Assembly (NCBI GenBank): GCA_040954595.2
Contig: CM082585.2
Location: 1,828,902-1,892,901 of the forward strand
DNA length: 64,000 nucleotides
Direction of reading: 5' to 3'
From: Balanoglossus misakiensis
Lineage: Eukaryota; Animalia; Hemichordata
The stretch's first letter is position 1, and each line of letters opens with the position of its first letter. Of this stretch, positions 57,501-64,000 are shown in pieces. A program made the translations under genes and the position numbers. A model generated the notes under the pieces. The model was not told where the DNA came from, made no database searches, and was given only the letters and a program-made list of their open reading frames with translations.

Positions 57501-60500
57501 AAAAATCGACGAAATGTTGAGATTTTGCAAAGTCGAAAATTTGTAATTTTTTGATGATTTTCACCCATGATTTTTTTCAAAAATCGACGAAATTGTGAGA
57601 TTGTGCAAAGTCGATAATTTGTCATTTTTTGATGATTTTCCCCCAATGTTTTTTTTCAAAATCGACGAAATTTTGAGATTTTGCAAAGTCGAAAATTTGT
57701 CATTTTTTGATGATTTTCCCCCATGTTTTTTTTTTTAAATGGACGAAATTTTGAGATTTTGCAAAGTCGATAATTTGTCATTTTTTGATGATTTTCCCCC
57801 AATGGTTTTTTTCAAAATCGACGAAATTTTGAGATTTTGCAAAGTCGATAATTTGTCATTTTTTGATGATTTTCACCCATGATTTTTTTCAAAAATCGAC
57901 GAAATTGTGAGATTTTGCAAAGTCGAAAATTTGTCATTTTTTGATGATTTTCACCCATATTATTTTTCAAAAACCGACGAAATATTGAGATTTAGCAAAG
58001 ACGAAAATTTGTCATTTTTTGATGATTTTTACCCCTGATTTTTTCAAAAATTGACGAAATTTTGAGATTTTGCGAAGTCGAAAATTTGTCATTTTTTGAT
58101 GATTTTCACCCATGATTTTTTTCAAAAATCGACGAAATTTTGAGATTTTGCAAAGTCGAAAATTTGTCATTTTTTGATGATTTTCACCCATGTTTTTTTT
58201 TAGAAATCGACGAACCTATGATTTTTTTCAAAATCGACGAAATTTTGTGATTTTACAAAGTCGAAAATTTTGTCATTTTTTGATGATTTTCAACCATGAT
58301 TTTTTTCAAAAATCGACGAAATTTTTAGATTTTGCAAAGTCGAAAATGTGTCATTTTTTGATGATTTTCACCCATGATTTTTATTCAAAAATGGACGAAA
58401 TTTTGAGATTTTGCAAAGACGAAAATTTGTCATTTTTTGATGATTTTCACCCATGATTTTTTTCAAAAATCGACAAAATTTTTAGATTTTGCAAAGTCGA
58501 AAATTTGTAATTTTTTGATGATTTTTACCCATGATTTTTTTTTTCAAAAATCGACGAAATTTTGAGATTTTGCAAAGACGAAAATTTGTAATTTTTTGAT
58601 GATTTTCACCCATGACTTTTTTTCAAAAATTTACGAAATTTTGAGATTTTGCAAAGTCGAAAATTTGTCATTTTTTGATGATTTTCACCCATGTTTTTTT
58701 TTTAAATCGACGAACCTATGATTTTTTTCAAAATCGACGAAATTTTGAGATTTTGCAAAGTCGAAAATTTTCTCATTTTTTGATGATTTTCCCCCATGTT
58801 TTTTTTTTAAAATGGACGAAATTTTGAGATTTTGCAAAGTCGAAAATTTGTCATTTTTTGATGATTTTCACCCATGATTTTTTTTCAAAAATCGACGAAA
58901 TTGTGAGATTTTGCAAAGTCGATAATTTTGTCATTTTTTGATGATTTTCAACCATATTATTTTTCAAAAACCGACGAAATTTTGAGATTTTGCAAAGACG
59001 AAAATTTGTCATTTTTTGATGATTTTCACCCATGATTTTTTCAAAAATTGACGAAATGTTGAGATTTTGCAAAGTCGAAAATTTGTAATTTTTTGATGAT
59101 TTTCACCCATGATTTTTTTCAAAAATCGACGAAATTGTGAGATTTTGCAAAGTCGAAAATTTGTCATTTTTTGATGATTTTCTCCCATGATTTTTTTCAA
59201 AAATCGACGAAATTGTGAGATTTTGCAAAGTCGAAAATTTGTCATTTTTTGATGATTTTCACCCATGTTTTTTTTTTTAAATCGACGAACCTATGATTTT
59301 TTTCAATATCGACGAAATTTTGAGATTTTGCAAAGTCGAAAATTTTCTCATTTTTTGATGATTTTCCCCCATGTTTTTTTTTTAAAATGGACGAAATTTT
59401 GAGATTTTGCAAAGTCGAAAATTTGTCATTTTTTGATGATTTTCACCCATGATTTTTTTCAAAAATCGACGAAATGTTGAGATTTTGCAAAGTCGAAAAT
59501 TTGTCATTTTTTGATGATTTTCACCCATATTATTTTTCAAAAACCGACGAAATTTTGAGATTTAGCAAAGACGAAAATTTGTCATTTTTTGATGATTTTT
59601 ACCCCTGATTTTTTCAAAAATTGACGAAATTTTGAGATTTTGCGAAGTCGAAAATTTGTCATTTTTTGATGATTTTCACCCATGATTTTTTTCAAAAATC
59701 GACGAAATTTTGAGATTTTGCAAAGTCGAAAATTTGTCATTTTTTGATGATTTTCACCAATGTTTTTTTTTAGAAATCGACGAACCTATGATTTTTTTCA
59801 AAATCGACGAAATTTTGTGATTTTACAAAGTCGAAAATTTTGTCATTTTTTGATGATTTTCAACCATGATTTTTTTCAAAAATCGACGAAATTTTTAGAT
59901 TTTGCAAAGTCGAAAATGTGTCATTTTTTGATGATTTTCACCCATGATTTTTATTCAAAAATGGACGAAATTTTGAGATTTTGCAAAGACGAAAATTTGT
60001 CATTTTTTGATGATTTACACCCATGATTTTTTTTCAAAAATCGACGAAATTTTGAGATTTTGCAAAGTCGAAAATTTGTCATTTTTTGATGATTTTCACC
60101 CATGATTTTTTTCAAAAACGACGAAATGTTGAGATTTTGCAAAGTCGAAAATTTGTCATTTTTTGATGATTTTCTCCCATGATTTTTTTCAAAAATCGAC
60201 GAAATTGTGAGATTTTGCAAAGTCGAAAATTTGTCATTTTTTGATGATTTTCACCCATGTTTTTTTTTTAAATCGACGAACCTATGATTTTTTTCAAAAT
60301 CGACGAAATTTTGAGATTTTGCAAAGTCGAAAATATTCTCATTTTTTGATGATTTTCCCCCATGTTTTTTTTTTAAAATGGACGAAATTTTGAGATTTTG
60401 CAAAGTCGAAAATTTGTCATTTTTTGATGATTTTCACCCATGATTTTTTTCAAAAATCGACGAAATGTTGAGATTTTGCAAAGTCGAAAATTTGTAATTT

Positions 60501-63500
60501 TTTGATGATTTTCACCCATGATTTTTTTTCAAAAATCGACGAAATTGTGAGATTTTGCAAAGTCGATAATTTTGTCATTTTTTGATGATTTTCAACCATA
60601 TTATTTTTCAAAAACTGACGAAATTTTGAGATTTTGCAAAGACGAAAATTTGTCATTTTTTGATGATTTTCACCCATGATTTTTTCAAAAATTGACGAAA
60701 TTTTGAGATTTTGCAAAGTCGAAAATTTGTCATTTTTTGATGATTTTCACCCATGATTTTTTTCAAAAATCGACGAAATGTTGAGATTTTGCAAAGTCGA
60801 AAATTTGTAATTTTTTGATGATTTTCACCCATGATTTTTTTCAAAAATCGACGAAATTGTGAGATTTTGCAAAGTCGAAAATTTGTCATTTTTTGATGAT
60901 TTTCACCCATGATTTTTTTCAAAAATCGACGAAATGTTGAGATTTTGCAAAGTCGAAAATTTGTAATTTTTTGATGATTTTCACCCATGATTTTTTTCAA
61001 AAATCGACGAAATTGTGAGATTGTGCAAAGTCGATAATTTGTCATTTTTTGATGATTTTCCCCCAATGTTTTTTTTCAAAATCGACGAAATTTTGAGATT
61101 TTGCAAAGTCGAAAATTTTGTCATTTTTTGATGATTTTCACCCATGATTTTTCTCAAAAATCGACGAAATTTTGAGATTTTGCAAAGTCGAAAATTTGTC
61201 ATTTTTTGATGATTTTCACCCATGATTTTTTTCAAAAATCGACGAAATTGTGAGATTGTGCAAAGTCGATAATTTGTCATTTTTTGATGATTTTCCCCCA
61301 ATGTTTTTTTTCAAAATCGACGAAATTTTGAGATTTTGCAAAGTCGAAAATTTTGTCATTTTTTGATGATTTTCAACCATGATTTTTTTCAAAAATCGAC
61401 GAAATTTTTAGATTTTGCAAAGTCGAAAATGTGTCATTTTTTGATGATTTTCACCCATGATTTTTATTCAAAAATGGACGAAATTTTGAGATTTTGCAAA
61501 GACGAAAATTTGTCATTTTTTGATGATTTACACCCATGATTTTTTTTCAAAAATCGACGAAATTTTGAGATTTTGCAAAGTCGAAAATTTGTCATTTTTT
61601 GATGATTTTCACCCATGATTTTTTTCAAAAATCGACGAAATGTTGAGATTTTGCAAAGTCGAAAATTTGTCATTTTTTGATGATTTTCTCCCATGATTTT
61701 TTTCAAAAATCGACGAAATTGTGAGATTTTGCAAAGTCGAAAATTTGTCATTTTTTGATGATTTTCACCCATGTTTTTTTTTTAAATCGACGAACCTATG
61801 ATTTTTTTCAAAATCGACGAAATTTTGAGATTTTGCAAAGTCGAAAATATTCTCATTTTTTGATGATTTTCCCCCATGTTTTTTTTTTTAAATGGACGAA
61901 ATTTTGAGATTTTGCAAAGTCGAAAATTTGTCATTTTTTGATGATTTTCACCCATGATTTTTTTCAAAAATCGACGAAATGTTGAGATTTTGCAAAGTCG
62001 AAAATTTGTAATTTTTTGATGATTTTCACCCATGATTTTTTTTCAAAAATCGACGAAATTGTGAGATTTTGCAAAGTCGATAATTTTGTCATTTTTTGAT
62101 GATTTTCAACCATATTATTTTTCAAAAACTGACGAAATTTTGAGATTTTGCAAAGACGAAAATTTGTCATTTTTTGATGATTTTCACCCATGATTTTTTC
62201 AAAAATTGACGAATTTTTGAGATTTTGCAAAGTCGAAAATTTGTCATTTTTTGATGATTTTCACCCATGATTTTTTTCAAAAATCGACGAAATGTTGAGA
62301 TTTTGCAAAGTCGAAAATTTGTAATTTTTTGATGATTTTCACCCATGATTTTTTTCAAAAATCGACGAAATTGTGAGATTTTGCAAAGTCGAAAATTTGT
62401 CATTTTTTGATGATTTTCACCCATGATTTTTTTCAAAAATCGACGAAATGTTGAGATTTTGCAAAGTCGAAAATTTGTAATTTTTTGATGATTTTCACCC
62501 ATGATTTTTTTCAAAAATCGACGAAATTGTGAGATTGTGCAAAGTCGATAATTTGTCATTTTTTGATGATTTTCCCCCAATGTTTTTTTTCAAAATCGAC
62601 GAAATTTTGAGATTTTGCAAAGTCGAAAATTTGTCATTTTTTGATGATTTTCCCCCATGTTTTTTTTTTAAAATGGACGAAATTTTGAGATTTTGCAAAG
62701 TCGATAATTTGTCATTTTTTGATGATTTTCCCCCAATGGTTTTTTTCAAAATCGACGAAATTTTGAGATTTTGCAAAGTCGATAATTTGTCATTTTTTGA
62801 TGATTTTCACCCATGATTTTTTTCAAAAATCGACGAAATTGTGAGATTTTGCAAAGTCGAAAATTTGTCATTTTTTGATGAATTTCACCCATATTATTTT
62901 TCAAAAACCGACGAAATATTGAGATTTAGCAAAGACGAAAATTTGTCATTTTTTGATGATTTTTACCCCTGATTTTTTCAAAAATTGACGAAATTTTGAG
63001 ATTTTGCGAAGTCGAAAATTTGTCATTTTTTGATGATTTTCACCCATGATTTTTTTCAAAAATCGACGAAATTTTGAGATTTTGCAAAGTCGAAAATTTG
63101 TCATTTTTTGATGATTTTCACCCATGTTTTTTTTTAGAAATCGACGAACCTATGATTTTTTTCAAAATCGACGAAATTTTGTGATTTTACAAAGTCGAAA
63201 ATTTTGTCATTTTTTGATGATTTTCAACCATGATTTTTTTCAAAAATCGACGAAATTTTTAGATTTTGCAAAGTCGAAAATGTGTCATTTTTTGATGATT
63301 TTCACCCATGATTTTTATTCAAAAATGGACGAAATTTTGAGATTTTGCAAAGACGAAAATTTGTCATTTTTTGATGATTTTCACCCATGATTTTTTTCAA
63401 AAATCGACAAAATTTTTAGATTTTGCAAAGTCGAAAATTTGTAATTTTTTGATGATTTTTACCCATGATTTTTTTTTTCAAAAATCGACGAAATTTTGAG

Positions 63501-64000
63501 ATTTTGCAAAGACGAAAATTTGTAATTTTTTGATGATTTTCACCCATGACTTTTTTTCAAAAATTTACGAAATTTTGAGATTTTGCAAAGTCGAAAATTT
63601 GTAATTTTTTGATGATTTTCACCCATGTTTTTTTTTTTCAAAAATCGACGAAATTTTGTGATTTTGCAAATTCGAAAATTTGTAATTTTTTGATGATTTT
63701 CACCCATGTTTTTTTTCAAAAATCAACGAACCCATGATTTTTTTTCAAAAATCGACAAAATTTTGAGATTTTGCAAAGTCGAAAATTTGTAATTTTTTGA
63801 TGATTTTCACCCATGATTTTTTTTCAAAAATCGACGAAATTTTGAGATTTTGCAAAGTCGAAAATTTGTAATTTTTTGATGATTTTCACCCATGATTTTT
63901 TTCAAAAATCGACGAAATGTTGAGATTTTGCAAAGTCGAAAATTTGTAATTTTTTGATGATTTTCACCAATGATTTTTGTCAAAAATCGACGAAATTGTG
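45589..64000. repeat. 78-bp satellite DNA array, segment 3, with ~3.42-kb higher-order repeat
   Basis: Same monomer; sequence at 54721 recurs at 58141 and sequence at 56281 recurs at 59701 (offset 3420). Confidence 0.98.

Noticed and set aside
3494-64000. Dozens of ORFs reading MGENHQKMTNFRLCKIS... and variants
   Set aside because: Translations of the 78-bp (26-codon) satellite, broken at random by homopolymer indels; not genes.

Overview
Eukaryotic (probably marine invertebrate; inferred) heterochromatin-like window. A 78-bp AT-rich satellite (3494-9390, 25896-28205, 45589-64000) is interrupted by two large insertions. (1) A 16.5-kb Helentron/Helitron2 (9391-25895, +) sits in a T-run of the satellite and has both termini intact. 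It encodes a spliced polyprotein: herpes-tegument-like cysteine protease/deubiquitinase, 21-aa repeats, Zn-binding region, HUH Rep, PIF1 helicase and APE endonuclease, broken by one in-frame TAA. It also carries a 4-exon RPA-like OB-fold gene that the ORF track does not assemble. (2) A head-to-tail triple array of a Ngaro-type DIRS tyrosine-recombinase retrotransposon (28206-45588, -) with split direct repeats; its three units carry 3, 2 and 1 copies of an internal 734-bp segment. The first 3.5 kb holds a related Helentron terminus, a palindromic MITE-like element, a 353-bp duplication, and a diverged Helentron 239-bp unit that runs directly into the satellite. No host gene, RNA gene or CRISPR array is supported. 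All family assignments are from motif recognition by eye; no database search was run.
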